In this document: positions 16,508-24,012 of the stretch, piece by piece | How positions within the stretch are numbered: position 1 is the stretch's first letter | Layout: every line of letters starts with the position of its first letter | Virus record (IMG/VR): IMGVR_UViG_2563366903_000025 | Coordinates: 1 to 29,165 of that record | Length of the DNA: 29,165 nt | Strand: one strand, 5' to 3' | Source of the DNA: a virus | Taxonomy: Duplodnaviria > Heunggongvirae > Uroviricota > Caudoviricetes | Notes under the pieces: generated by a model | The model's input: the letters and a program-made list of their open reading frames with translations, nothing else | Databases searched by the model: none | Told to the model about the DNA's origin: nothing | Program-made: the position numbers and the translations under genes

Positions 16508-16794
16508 CTTTTAACTCCATATACCGCCAATACCCGTTTCATCACTGCACTCTGGCGACACTCCTTAAAAATCAGGTTCGTGCTCACCTTTCCTTCCCGT
16601 TCTTCCCTGGTAGCAAACCGGTAATACACCGTTCGCCAGACCTTACCATCAATGACCAGGATTCCTGCCCGCGCCATTTTAGCCGCAGCCTGATTTATAC
16701 TGGTTACGGTTGCGCCTGTTACCGCGGAAACGTCCTGTGCACAGAAGTTCTTATGCGCCCCGAGGTAATGAATAATTGCCTCTTTGCCCGTCAT
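16504..16794 (-). CDS. ren: Ren
   Basis: 96 aa MTGKEAIIHYLGAHKNFCAQDVSAVTGATVTSINQAAAKMARAGILVIDGKVWRTVYYRFATREEREGK..., near-identical to lambda Ren as recalled. Confidence 0.9.
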   Translation of the reverse strand: MTGKEAIIHYLGAHKNFCAQDVSAVTGATVTSINQAAAKMARAGILVIDGKVWRTVYYRFATREEREGKVSTNLIFKECRQSAVMKRVLAVYGVKR

Positions 16795-17492
16795 ACACTT
16801 GCTCCTTTCAGTCCGAACTTAGCTTTAATTTCTGCGATCTTCGCCAGAGCCTGTGCTCGATTTAGAGGTCTGCCGCCCATGACAGGAAGTTGTTTTACTG
16901 GTTCAGGTATCGTCTCACCACGGTTAATTCGTGCTGTCATACAGGTCAGTTCATCGGCAGCCTTGCGCCGTAATTCCGCGTCAGTCAGCGCATTGGCCCG
17001 CATGTTCTGGTACAGGTTGGTAACCAGCCAGTAGTGCGCGTTTGATTTCCACGGATAAGACTCTGCATCCGGATACAGGCCACGCTTCCGGCAATACTCG
17101 TAAACCATATCAACCAGCTCGCTGACGTTTGGCAGTCCGGCGATAACGGATGCTTCTTCCCGGCACCATGCAACAAACTGCCCGGGTGATGGAAGAAATG
17201 GTCGATTCTGCCGACGGGCTACGCGCATTCCTGCGTTAACCTGTTCCATCGAGGTGATCCCGTTTTCCCGGAAAGCCAGAACCCACTGGCGGCGGATTTC
17301 ATTCAGTTCGTTCTGGCCCCGGTTAGCCAGACTCGCCGGGAAAGTTGCCAGTAACTGGCTGAACACACCGTTGATGATCTGCGCTACCTGTTGTACCTGC
17401 GGCTTTTCGTCGTACTGTTCCGGCATGTTGTTGGCGATCCGACGCATCTGCTCACGGTCAAAGTTAACCATCTGTGCGGCGATGTTTTTCAT
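16791..17492 (-). CDS. P: Replication protein P (DnaB helicase loader)
   Basis: 233 aa, essentially lambda P throughout ([58 protein letters not shown]...). Confidence 0.95.
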   Translation of the reverse strand: MKNIAAQMVNFDREQMRRIANNMPEQYDEKPQVQQVAQIINGVFSQLLATFPASLANRGQNELNEIRRQWVLAFRENGITSMEQVNAGMRVARRQNRPFLPSPGQFVAWCREEASVIAGLPNVSELVDMVYEYCRKRGLYPDAESYPWKSNAHYWLVTNLYQNMRANALTDAELRRKAADELTCMTARINRGETIPEPVKQLPVMGGRPLNRAQALAKIAEIKAKFGLKGASV

Positions 17493-18394
17493 AAATCCAC
17501 CCCGTAAATCCAGTCAGTGTTTGTCAGGTCGAGTTTTGGTTTTCCAGCTGTCACGCCAGCCTGTTGCTTGTTACGGTTGATTTCGAGTTGGGTCCACTTG
17601 TCGCGGAGTTTGGCCGGACTTAGCACGTTACCGGACCAGAAGTTGTCCTGGCATGCCCAGCGGAACAGCACGCACATGTCGCGGTGGTTACGTCCGTCAC
17701 GTTCACGCATCAGGCGGATATCGTTAGCCCACCCTGCAAAATTCGGTTTTCTGGCTGATGGTGCGATGGTCTTCACCATGTCAAACATCCACTCTGCGGC
17801 GGTCAGGTCTTCTGCTGTTCCCCACTTGCTGCCGCTCTGAATTGCAGCATCCGGTTTAACCACAGAAAGATCGTTTTCTGGCTGGTCAGAGGATTCGCCA
17901 GAATTCTCGGACGAATAATCTTTTCTTTTTTCTTTTGTAATAGTTTCTTTTGTGTGTCCCTGTTTTGGTGACAGCGCTGTCACCGTTTTGGTGACACTTT
18001 TTGTCACCAATGCAGTGACATTATCACCAGAGTAGTGACACCCTTCGATTTGCCATTCCTCGATGTTCTTGTTAGGCCCGATTTGCTGGCCTTCGCGAAG
18101 GATAACCTTCATCGCGATAAGCTCATTCTTGGCCTTGTTTACCTTCTGTCTTGGCAGCCTGGTAATTTGAGCTAACTGACTATCAGAGATGCGATCCATC
18201 TTTTTACCGTAGCCGTATGTTTTACGGCATATGGCGTGGGCAACCTTGCTCTGATTTTTCGTTAAATCTGCGCCGATAAGCTCTTCATACAGGGCATTTG
18301 CAAGACGGGTATAACCATCTTCAACTTCTGCCACACGACGCTCCACAGGCCGTTGTGAAGGCCTTAAATGTGTTACGGTTGCAAGATTACTCAT
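17489..18394 (-). CDS. O: Replication initiator O
   Basis: 301 aa. C-terminal half matches lambda O ([13 protein letters not shown]...[100 protein letters not shown]). N-terminal DNA-binding half is diverged, consistent with a different iteron specificity. Confidence 0.95.
   Translation of the reverse strand: MSNLATVTHLRPSQRPVERRVAEVEDGYTRLANALYEELIGADLTKNQSKVAHAICRKTYGYGKKMDRISDSQLAQITRLPRQKVNKAKNELIAMKVILREGQQIGPNKNIEEWQIEGCHYSGDNVTALVTKSVTKTVTALSPKQGHTKETITKEKRKDYSSENSGESSDQPENDLSVVKPDAAIQSGSKWGTAEDLTAAEWMFDMVKTIAPSARKPNFAGWANDIRLMRERDGRNHRDMCVLFRWACQDNFWSGNVLSPAKLRDKWTQLEINRNKQQAGVTAGKPKLDLTNTDWIYGVDL
17915..18043. repeat. Replication origin: iteron cluster plus adjacent AT-rich region inside the O gene
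   Basis: Four tandem dyad iterons built on GTGACA...TGTCAC: GGTGACAGCGCTGTCACC (17967-17984), GGTGACACTTTTTGTCACC (17990-18008), GTGACATTATCACC (18015-18028), GTGACACCC (18035-18043). A T-rich stretch follows at 17915-17950, in the same position as ori-lambda within O. Confidence 0.7.
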
Positions 18395-18533
18395 GACCTT
18401 TCTCCTTCTGCATCAGCTTCACTTTTTCCAACCCAGCCCGGAATCGACCAGGCTGCTTGAAGCTGGACAGGAAGCGATCACGTAGTATGTGTTTGTGAAT
18501 TTTGTCCTGGTAAGGACTGAGTTGTTTTGTCAT
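18387..18533 (-). CDS. Small basic ORF between cII and O (48 aa)
   Basis: My translation from ATG 18533 (AGGAG RBS, 7-nt spacing): [48 protein letters not shown]. Stop overlaps the O start region. Confidence 0.3.
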   Translation of the reverse strand: MTKQLSPYQDKIHKHILRDRFLSSFKQPGRFRAGLEKVKLMQKEKGHE

Positions 18534-18565
18534 AATGACTCCTGTGGATTGATCCAGTAATTCCC

Positions 18566-18862
18566 TCAGAATTCCATCTGGATTTGTTCAGAACGCTCGG
18601 TTGCCGCCGGGCGTTTTTTATTGGTGATTCCATCAAGCGCATACTTAAAAGCCCTGCTAATCGGACTGATGTCTGATGCCATTCCGAAAGCACACAGGAC
18701 CGAAGCAATAAATCTCCAGTCCGTTCTGCTTATCTTCGATTCATGACAGCCAATCATCTTTGCCAGACCGCGCTGGGTAAGCGTTGACAGGTTGATGAGT
18801 AAATCCGTTTCTGCGCGATCAACGTCGCGCTGGGATAGTTTGCTGTAACTTGTTTGTGTCAT
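18566..18862 (-). CDS. cII: CII transcriptional activator
   Basis: 98 aa. C-terminus ...[18 protein letters not shown] matches lambda CII as recalled; N-terminal HTH is diverged. Confidence 0.85.
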   Translation of the reverse strand: MTQTSYSKLSQRDVDRAETDLLINLSTLTQRGLAKMIGCHESKISRTDWRFIASVLCAFGMASDISPISRAFKYALDGITNKKRPAATERSEQIQMEF

Positions 18863-18900
18863 TTCTTAATATTTCCAATAGTGAATAGTTAGTTGAAAGG

Positions 18901-18918
18901 TATGCGTGGAAACGCATA
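18901..18918 (-). promoter_or_regulatory. Hairpin between nutR and cII (tR1 position)
   Basis: TATGCGT-ggaa-ACGCATA perfect 7-bp stem. No U-tract, so if it terminates it is not a canonical intrinsic terminator. Confidence 0.3.
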
Positions 18919-18947
18919 TGGCCTTAGTTGGTCAGATATCTTGGGGC

Positions 18948-18962
18948 TCGCTTTGTCAGCGA
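18948..18962 (-). promoter_or_regulatory. nutR boxB-like hairpin (P22 type)
   Basis: Minus-strand TCGCTGACAAAGCGA closely matches the nutL boxB GCGCTGACAAAGCGC at 21811-21825. A boxA-like CGCTATTTT lies upstream on the same strand. Confidence 0.6.
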
Positions 18963-19000
18963 CGTAGGACGAATGTCCATTGTGAAAATAGCGGTGTTAC

Positions 19001-19228
19001 TTATGCAGCCAGAAGGTTCTTTTTGCTTATTTCAAGCATTTCGCTTGCTTGATATTTGCCACCAGAAATCTCTTCGATTTTTGATGCGTATTTCGTTTTC
19101 CCAAAAAACTCAGTCTTAGGGAGGAAGCCGTTTTTGAGCCACTTATAGACAGCCCTTTCGCTAACTCCACAAGCCTTCGCAACTTCAGGGATGCCGACAC
19201 CTTTAATCGGCTCATCAAGATTTTGCAT
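19001..19228 (-). CDS. cro: Cro-like repressor (75 aa from ATG 19228)
   Basis: Small HTH protein (GIPEVAKACGVSERAVYKWLKNG) divergent from cI, with an AAGGA RBS. Position immediately right of the operator region. Confidence 0.7.
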   Translation of the reverse strand: MQNLDEPIKGVGIPEVAKACGVSERAVYKWLKNGFLPKTEFFGKTKYASKIEEISGGKYQASEMLEISKKNLLAA

Positions 19229-19243
19229 AGGGATATCCTTTTT

Positions 19244-19258
19244 CGTACTTTCAGTACG
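19244..19258. promoter_or_regulatory. Operator palindrome in OR (CGTACT-TTC-AGTACG), overlapping the pR start region
   Basis: Perfect 6-bp arms. A related AGTA-TCG-TACT element sits at 19295-19305 just before the cI ATG. Confidence 0.55.
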
Positions 19259-19259
19259 C

Positions 19260-19287
19260 ATTATGATTGAACTGAAAGTTTTTGCAA
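19260..19287 (-). promoter_or_regulatory. pR-like promoter for cro
   Basis: Minus strand reads TTGCAA-16 nt-CATAAT, immediately upstream of the operator palindrome and the cro RBS. Confidence 0.5.
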
Positions 19288-19306
19288 GTGCTTTAGTATC
19301 GTACTC

Positions 19307-20014
19307 ATGGTTCAGAATGAAAAAGTGCGCAAAGAATTCGCCCAGCGGCTAGCGCAAGCCTGTAAAGAAGCTGGTCTTGATGAACATGGTAGGGGAATGG
19401 CTATAGCCCGTGCCCTTTCTCTTTCGTCCAAAGGCGTTAGCAAATGGTTTAATGCTGAGTCTTTACCGCGTCAGGAAAAAATGAATGCGCTTGCGAAATT
19501 TCTAAACGTTGATGTTGTTTGGCTTCAGCACGGCACTTCGTTAAATGGAGCGAATGATGAAGATACTCTTTCATTTGTTGGCAAATTAAAAAAAGGGTTA
19601 GTGCGCGTGGTTGGTGAGGCAATTCTTGGTGTTGATGGTGCCATCGAGATGACCGAAGAGCGCGATGGGTGGCTCAAAATTTATAGCGATGATCCAGATG
19701 CCTTTGGTCTTCGTGTGAAAGGAGACAGCATGTGGCCCAGAATAAAATCAGGAGAATATGTACTCATTGAGCCTAACACCAAAGTATTTCCGGGGGATGA
19801 GGTGTTTGTCAGAACTGTTGAAGGACACAACATGATCAAAGTTCTTGGCTATGACAGAGACGGAGAATACCAATTTACAAGCATCAACCAGGACCACAGG
19901 CCAATAACGTTGCCTTATCATCAAGTAGCAAAGGTGGAGTATGTGGCTGGTATTCTGAAGCAATCTCGCCATCTGGATGACATCGAGGCAAGGGAGTGGC
20001 TGAAAAGTTCGTGA
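19307..20014 (+). CDS. cI: CI-type prophage repressor (HTH plus LexA/S24-like autocleavage domain)
   Basis: 235 aa. N-terminal HTH region, then a C-terminal domain with S24-like features (GDSMWPRIKSGEYVLIEP...). Divergent from cro across the operator region. The ATG sits directly after the operator, suggesting a leaderless pRM-type transcript as in lambda. Confidence 0.88.
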   Translation: MVQNEKVRKEFAQRLAQACKEAGLDEHGRGMAIARALSLSSKGVSKWFNAESLPRQEKMNALAKFLNVDVVWLQHGTSLNGANDEDTLSFVGKLKKGLVRVVGEAILGVDGAIEMTEERDGWLKIYSDDPDAFGLRVKGDSMWPRIKSGEYVLIEPNTKVFPGDEVFVRTVEGHNMIKVLGYDRDGEYQFTSINQDHRPITLPYHQVAKVEYVAGILKQSRHLDDIEAREWLKSS

Positions 20015-20096
20015 CTTCATCGTCACATAGCTGGTAACCAGTGGCCTGAAGAGACGTTTGGGTGATGTACATAGCATTTCTGGATAAAAATACAGA

Positions 20097-20138
20097 TTCC
20101 CTTTATGGGAAATGAATCTATAATTCCCAAAGAGGGAA
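20097..20138 (+). promoter_or_regulatory. Promoter with twin operator palindromes upstream of the toxin gene
   Basis: Perfect -10 TATAAT at 20119-20124, flanked by two TTCCC-N5-GGGAA dyads (20097-20111 and 20124-20138). The -35 is weak. Confidence 0.5.
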
Positions 20139-20150
20139 CAAAATCGGATT

Positions 20151-20438
20151 ATGAAGGTCTTAAACGTAGAGAGGCTTCACAGTTTTAGCCGGAAGCACAA
20201 TCAGGCCAAGGGGGCTTTAGACTCTTGGTATGATGAAGTGATAAGAGAAAACTGGAAAACGACTCAAGACATACGGAATAGATTTAATTCTGCCGACTTC
20301 CTTCCTAACAACAGGGTAATTTTTAATATAAAAGGCAATAACTATCGGCTCGTTGTCCAAGTTGTTTACCAGGCAGGAATGGTCATAGTTGAAAGAGTTG
20401 GAACTCATGCAGAGTACGACAAGTGGAGGCTTAAATGA
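20151..20438 (+). CDS. higB: HigB-family toxin (RelE/ParE superfamily)
   Basis: 95 aa. C-terminal ...GNNYRLVVQVVYQAGMVIVERVGTHAEYDKW parallels E. coli HigB ...NELRVVAMVFFESQKCYIREVMTHKEYD as recalled. Toxin-first order typical of hig loci. Stop overlaps the next start (ATGA). Confidence 0.75.
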   Translation: MKVLNVERLHSFSRKHNQAKGALDSWYDEVIRENWKTTQDIRNRFNSADFLPNNRVIFNIKGNNYRLVVQVVYQAGMVIVERVGTHAEYDKWRLK

Positions 20439-21091
20439 ATCGAACTAGCTGGCGCATCATTAAAAATAGTGAAGAGCATGCTGCAGCTATGGAAAGGCTC
20501 ATTGAACTTGCGTCTAGTGATTTACAACCTGGAACTGAAGATTTTGATGAGTTTGAACTACTAGGCTTGCTTATCGAGCACTATGAGTCACGCGAGTTCC
20601 CTATGGACAAGCCAGATCCCATAGAAGCAATCAAGTTCCGTATGGATCAACAAGGCCTCTCTTATGCCGATATGAAACAATACATTGGCTCAGCATCTAA
20701 AGTATCTGAGGTCTTAAATCGTAAGCGTCCATTAAGTCTTTCAATGATCCGTAGACTACATGACGGACTTGGAATTCCTGCAGATATCTTAATTCAAGAT
20801 ATGAGCGCAATTGAATGGAGCCTAGTTGACGCAGAGGAAGAAGAAACAGCCATGACTAGCGTCATTGCTCGGTGTGAGTCAGCCGTCACATCACCTTCTG
20901 CTTATTTCGCTGAAAAGGCTACAGAATCTTACTTTTCAAAAATGTTGTTCAGCGCAGTAAGGGGTAATGGCAAATGCAAAGAAAAACGGAATGTTTTTTC
21001 TTTGATAAGTAACTTGTCATCAAGTTTCACAGCGGCTAGCAACCTGAATGACGAAATGACTTCTGACGGAAATTACTTATTATTACCATGA
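20435..21091 (+). CDS. higA: HigA-family HTH antitoxin with about 95-aa C-terminal extension
   Basis: 218 aa. Residues up to about 125 match the HigA pattern (PDPIEAIKFRMDQQGLSYADMKQYIGSASKVSEVLNRKRPLSLSMIRRLHDGLGIPADILI). Canonical HigA ends there; this protein continues with an acidic, Ser-rich tail. Confidence 0.75.
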   Translation: MNRTSWRIIKNSEEHAAAMERLIELASSDLQPGTEDFDEFELLGLLIEHYESREFPMDKPDPIEAIKFRMDQQGLSYADMKQYIGSASKVSEVLNRKRPLSLSMIRRLHDGLGIPADILIQDMSAIEWSLVDAEEEETAMTSVIARCESAVTSPSAYFAEKATESYFSKMLFSAVRGNGKCKEKRNVFSLISNLSSSFTAASNLNDEMTSDGNYLLLP

Positions 21092-21492
21092 AAATTGAAC
21101 TCATTAGCAAAAAAGTTGAACGCTTGGTTATGACACGGCTAGAAGGCGATTCAACAGCAAAAAAAGCCATAAAAACAACCGTTAATCTAAATAATGAACT
21201 TTACACTAATGTGAAGGATTCAAAGCTATTTAGAGTGAGATATTTTGCCTCCGTAACTATTGAAGGCAGGCTTGAGATGGACATCACATACGACTTTGAC
21301 TTCCGGTCAGAAGATGATTTTTCTCATGAAATGGCAAAATCATATGAGGTAAGGTCCATTGCTCCCAATATGGCATATCCCTATATAAAAACATATGCCG
21401 AGCAAATTATCCTCATGTCAAACCTTGGTAGGTTCACTCTGCCTTATTTTGATTTCTTGGCCAATCCCATGGAAACGAACAGTAATAAGTGA
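21088..21492 (+). CDS. SecB-like chaperone candidate (third gene of the cassette)
   Basis: 134 aa, translationally coupled (ATGA). Segments FRVRYFASVTIEG and APNMAYPYIKTYAEQIILMSNLGRF resemble E. coli SecB ([34 protein letters not shown]) as recalled from memory. Confidence 0.55.
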   Translation: MKIELISKKVERLVMTRLEGDSTAKKAIKTTVNLNNELYTNVKDSKLFRVRYFASVTIEGRLEMDITYDFDFRSEDDFSHEMAKSYEVRSIAPNMAYPYIKTYAEQIILMSNLGRFTLPYFDFLANPMETNSNK

Positions 21493-21500
21493 AATTCCCC

Positions 21501-21528
21501 ACCCGGCCTCAGCGCCGGGTTTTCTTTG
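21501..21528 (+). terminator. Intrinsic terminator closing the cI-proximal operon (t-imm position)
   Basis: ACCCGGC-ctcagc-GCCGGGT followed by TTTTCTTT, 9 nt after the last stop codon. Confidence 0.6.
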
Positions 21529-21810
21529 CCTCACGATCCCCCACCTAAAAAAACATAACCATTTGTATTTATAGATGTAACTCGCTAAACCATGCAGTTC
21601 TGATCCCTGCCGCATAACCTTCATCAGCCACATTTTCAAAAATAAATTTCCTTATATATCAGAATCATACTTCGTAGAGTTAATAAATCACCAAAATTCG
21701 TACCAATAGTTCTTGATAATGTCGAACTATTGGTTCATCATTATCGTCATCAGCAGGACGCATTACTCACCAGGGCGGTGAATATACAACGATTCGAATA
21801 TGAATCTACG

Positions 21811-21825
21811 GCGCTGACAAAGCGC
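21811..21825 (+). promoter_or_regulatory. nutL boxB (P22 type)
   Basis: GCGCTGACAAAGCGC, identical to the P22 boxB as recalled, about 165 bp upstream of N. Confidence 0.7.
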
Positions 21826-21990
21826 AATAACCAAAGTGAACTTTGGGGTGTGGTGAAGGGTTCATGGACGGGAATATGTCGCACGTAAAGCGGCGAGGCC
21901 TGCGGGACTATTGCCGAATTGAAGTAGGCCGAAACAGGTCGAAATGGGTCTCCCACCTACCACACCACCAAAGTTCATCAGGAGGTCTAT

Positions 21991-22374
21991 ATGACACGCA
22001 GAACTCAGTTCAAAGGCAATTCACGTTCTCGTCGTCGTGAGCGTTTAAAGGCAAAGGCATTAGCTAACTGCGTACTGGCCCGCGAAGAAGCAATAAGTTC
22101 AGAAGTATTACACCGCCCTACTCTAAGCAGAGCGCAGATTCAGGCTAAAGGTACTCACGAAACGCCTGAGCGCATAGAAGACGCTAAGCCAATTAAGTTC
22201 ATTGCACAGGACGTGATCTGGCAACAGAAAGAATACAGACGCAATCTGGAGCGAGCAGCCATTGTGTACGCGAATGAGTTTGGACATAAGCAACCAGAAA
22301 CTGGTGTATGTCTTCCAAACGTAGCCATTTACGCGGCAGGCTACCGGAAATCAAAACAACTGACGGCAAGATGA
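21991..22374 (+). CDS. N: Antiterminator N (P22 gp24-like)
   Basis: 127 aa with N-terminal arginine-rich motif (GNSRSRRRERLKAKALA) and C-terminus LPNVAIYAAGYRKSKQLTAR matching P22 N as recalled. AGGAGG RBS. Confidence 0.8.
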   Translation: MTRRTQFKGNSRSRRRERLKAKALANCVLAREEAISSEVLHRPTLSRAQIQAKGTHETPERIEDAKPIKFIAQDVIWQQKEYRRNLERAAIVYANEFGHKQPETGVCLPNVAIYAAGYRKSKQLTAR

Positions 22375-22715
22375 CTTGTGTTGGTCGCCAGAAAATGAAA
22401 TTAGGCAGCAAACCACTTATTTGAGGACTGATACATGAGAGTAAAAACATGGGCACAAGCCCATTAAGTGGTCGTATTTTTCAAGGAACATTAAACACTG
22501 AAAAAGGAATGTGGGTAGGAAAAAAAAGAAGATGACACCGAACAGGCAGTTAAGGCAGTAGCCGAACACCTGATGATAAAAGACCAGAAATATGCATACG
22601 AAACGAAGGATGGCAAATGGCTGATAATAAGCCATCAACTGGTTGATAAATTACCAGAAGAGTTTATTGCTGGTTAAATTCACTTTGGAACAAATAACAG
22701 AATAAACACTGCACT

Positions 22716-22743
22716 GTGTATTCATTCCAACGAGTGAATACAC
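22716..22743 (+). promoter_or_regulatory. Perfect 9-bp inverted repeat hairpin upstream of cIII
   Basis: GTGTATTCA-N10-TGAATACAC. Confidence 0.35.
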
Positions 22744-22805
22744 GGAGCAATGTCGCTCGTAACTAAACAGGAGCCGACTTGTTCTGATTATTGGAAATCT
22801 TCTTT

Positions 22806-22830
22806 GCCCTCCTATGTGAGGGCCTTTTTA
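22806..22830 (+). terminator. Intrinsic terminator between N and cIII (tL-type)
   Basis: GCCCTC-ctatgt-GAGGGC followed by CTTTTTA. Confidence 0.5.
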
Positions 22831-22891
22831 TATGCATACCAATAACGCTTCACTCGAGGCGTTTTCGTTATGTATAAATAAGGAGCACACC

Positions 22892-23032
22892 ATGCAATAT
22901 GCCATTGCAGGGTGGCCTGTTGCTGGCTGCCCTTCCGAATCTTTACTTGAACGAATCACCCGCAAATTACGTGACGGATGGAAACGACTCATCGACGTAC
23001 TTAATCAGCCAGGAGTTCCCAAAAATGGATAA
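22892..23032 (+). CDS. cIII: CIII (inhibitor of FtsH-mediated CII degradation)
   Basis: 46 aa MQYAIAGWPVAGCPSESLLERITRKLRDGWKRLIDVLNQPGVPKNG, matching lambda CIII as recalled but shorter at the C-terminus. AGGAG RBS. Confidence 0.85.
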   Translation: MQYAIAGWPVAGCPSESLLERITRKLRDGWKRLIDVLNQPGVPKNG

Positions 23033-23138
23033 AACACTTATGGCTATCCAGACTAAATTCACTATCGCCACTTTTATTGGCGATGAAAAGATGTTTCGTG
23101 AAGCCGTCGAAGCCTACAGGAAATGGAGGTCAAAATGA
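23025..23138 (+). CDS. kil: Kil (FtsZ inhibitor)
   Basis: 37 aa MDKTLMAIQTKFTIATFIGDEKMFREAVEAYRKW..., matching lambda Kil N-terminus as recalled. Overlaps the cIII 3' end as in lambda. Confidence 0.8.
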   Translation: MDKTLMAIQTKFTIATFIGDEKMFREAVEAYRKWRSK

Positions 23139-23323
23139 TTCCGGTAGAACTGGCGAAAACTCCAGAGTTAAGTCGATTAAAAAGAGAATATCACATTGCT
23201 GAGGCTCGTTACTGGCGTAAAGCGGGAGATAAATCAAAGAAACAACTTTGCTTATGGCAGGCGCAAAGAGAGCGCATGAATGAGCGCGAGTTTCTTTCCT
23301 CCTCATCCGAATTACCATTCTGA
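23135..23323 (+). CDS. Hypothetical protein (62 aa)
   Basis: Coupled to kil (ATGA). Basic protein, no recognised family. Confidence 0.4.
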   Translation: MIPVELAKTPELSRLKREYHIAEARYWRKAGDKSKKQLCLWQAQRERMNEREFLSSSSELPF

Positions 23324-23331
23324 GGTGAATT

Positions 23332-24012
23332 ATGGGAACTGCAACATTAATACTCGGTGAATCTGGCACCGGAAAATCAACCAGCATGAGAAATATCAAT
23401 CCAGAGGAAGCAATACTTATAAAACCAATAGGCAAGCCGCTACCATTTAAATCAAAAGAATGGCTGGCATGGGATGCCAGAGCAAAAAAAGGAACCGTAG
23501 TTACCACTGACAAATGGGACGTAATAGTTGCCGTAATTAAGCGTGCTCACGAATACGGGAAAAGAATCGTTATTGTTGATGACTTCCAGTATGTGATGAG
23601 CAATGAGTTTATGCGCCGCTCAGAAGAAAAATCGTTTGATAAATTCACTGAGATAGGCCGCCACGCATGGGAGGTGATTAAGGCTGCACAGGATGCACCT
23701 GATGACCTGAGAGTCTATTTTCTTGCACACACCGAAGAAACCCCTATGGGGCGTGTGAAAATGAAAACTATCGGCAAAATGCTGGACGAGAAAATCACTG
23801 TCGAAGGCATGTTTACTATAGTTCTTCGCACCCTTACCCGTGATGACCAGTTCTTTTTCACTACAAAAAACAACGGTGCAGACACTGTTAAATCCCCAAT
23901 GGGAATGTTTGATTCCAATGAGATTGATAACGATCTCTCTTTCGTCGATGCCACTGTTTGTGATTACTACGGCATCAATAATGTTCATCAAATTAAGGAA
24001 AACGCCGCATGA
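23332..24012 (+). CDS. Sak4-like RecA-core ATPase (single-strand annealing/recombination protein)
   Basis: 226 aa. Walker A GESGTGKS near the N-terminus, Walker B-like RIVIVDDFQY. Occupies the gam-bet-exo position. Confidence 0.6.
   Translation: MGTATLILGESGTGKSTSMRNINPEEAILIKPIGKPLPFKSKEWLAWDARAKKGTVVTTDKWDVIVAVIKRAHEYGKRIVIVDDFQYVMSNEFMRRSEEKSFDKFTEIGRHAWEVIKAAQDAPDDLRVYFLAHTEETPMGRVKMKTIGKMLDEKITVEGMFTIVLRTLTRDDQFFFTTKNNGADTVKSPMGMFDSNEIDNDLSFVDATVCDYYGINNVHQIKENAA

Noticed and set aside
21530-21810. Precise pL promoter and oL operator assignment
   Set aside because: Candidate -35/-10 (TTGATA-17-CATCAT) and an 11-bp inverted repeat are present, but they do not match the OR dyad and I cannot assign them with confidence from sequence alone.
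22199-22456. 85-aa minus-strand ORF
   Set aside because: Overlaps the N gene on the opposite strand; no supporting signals.
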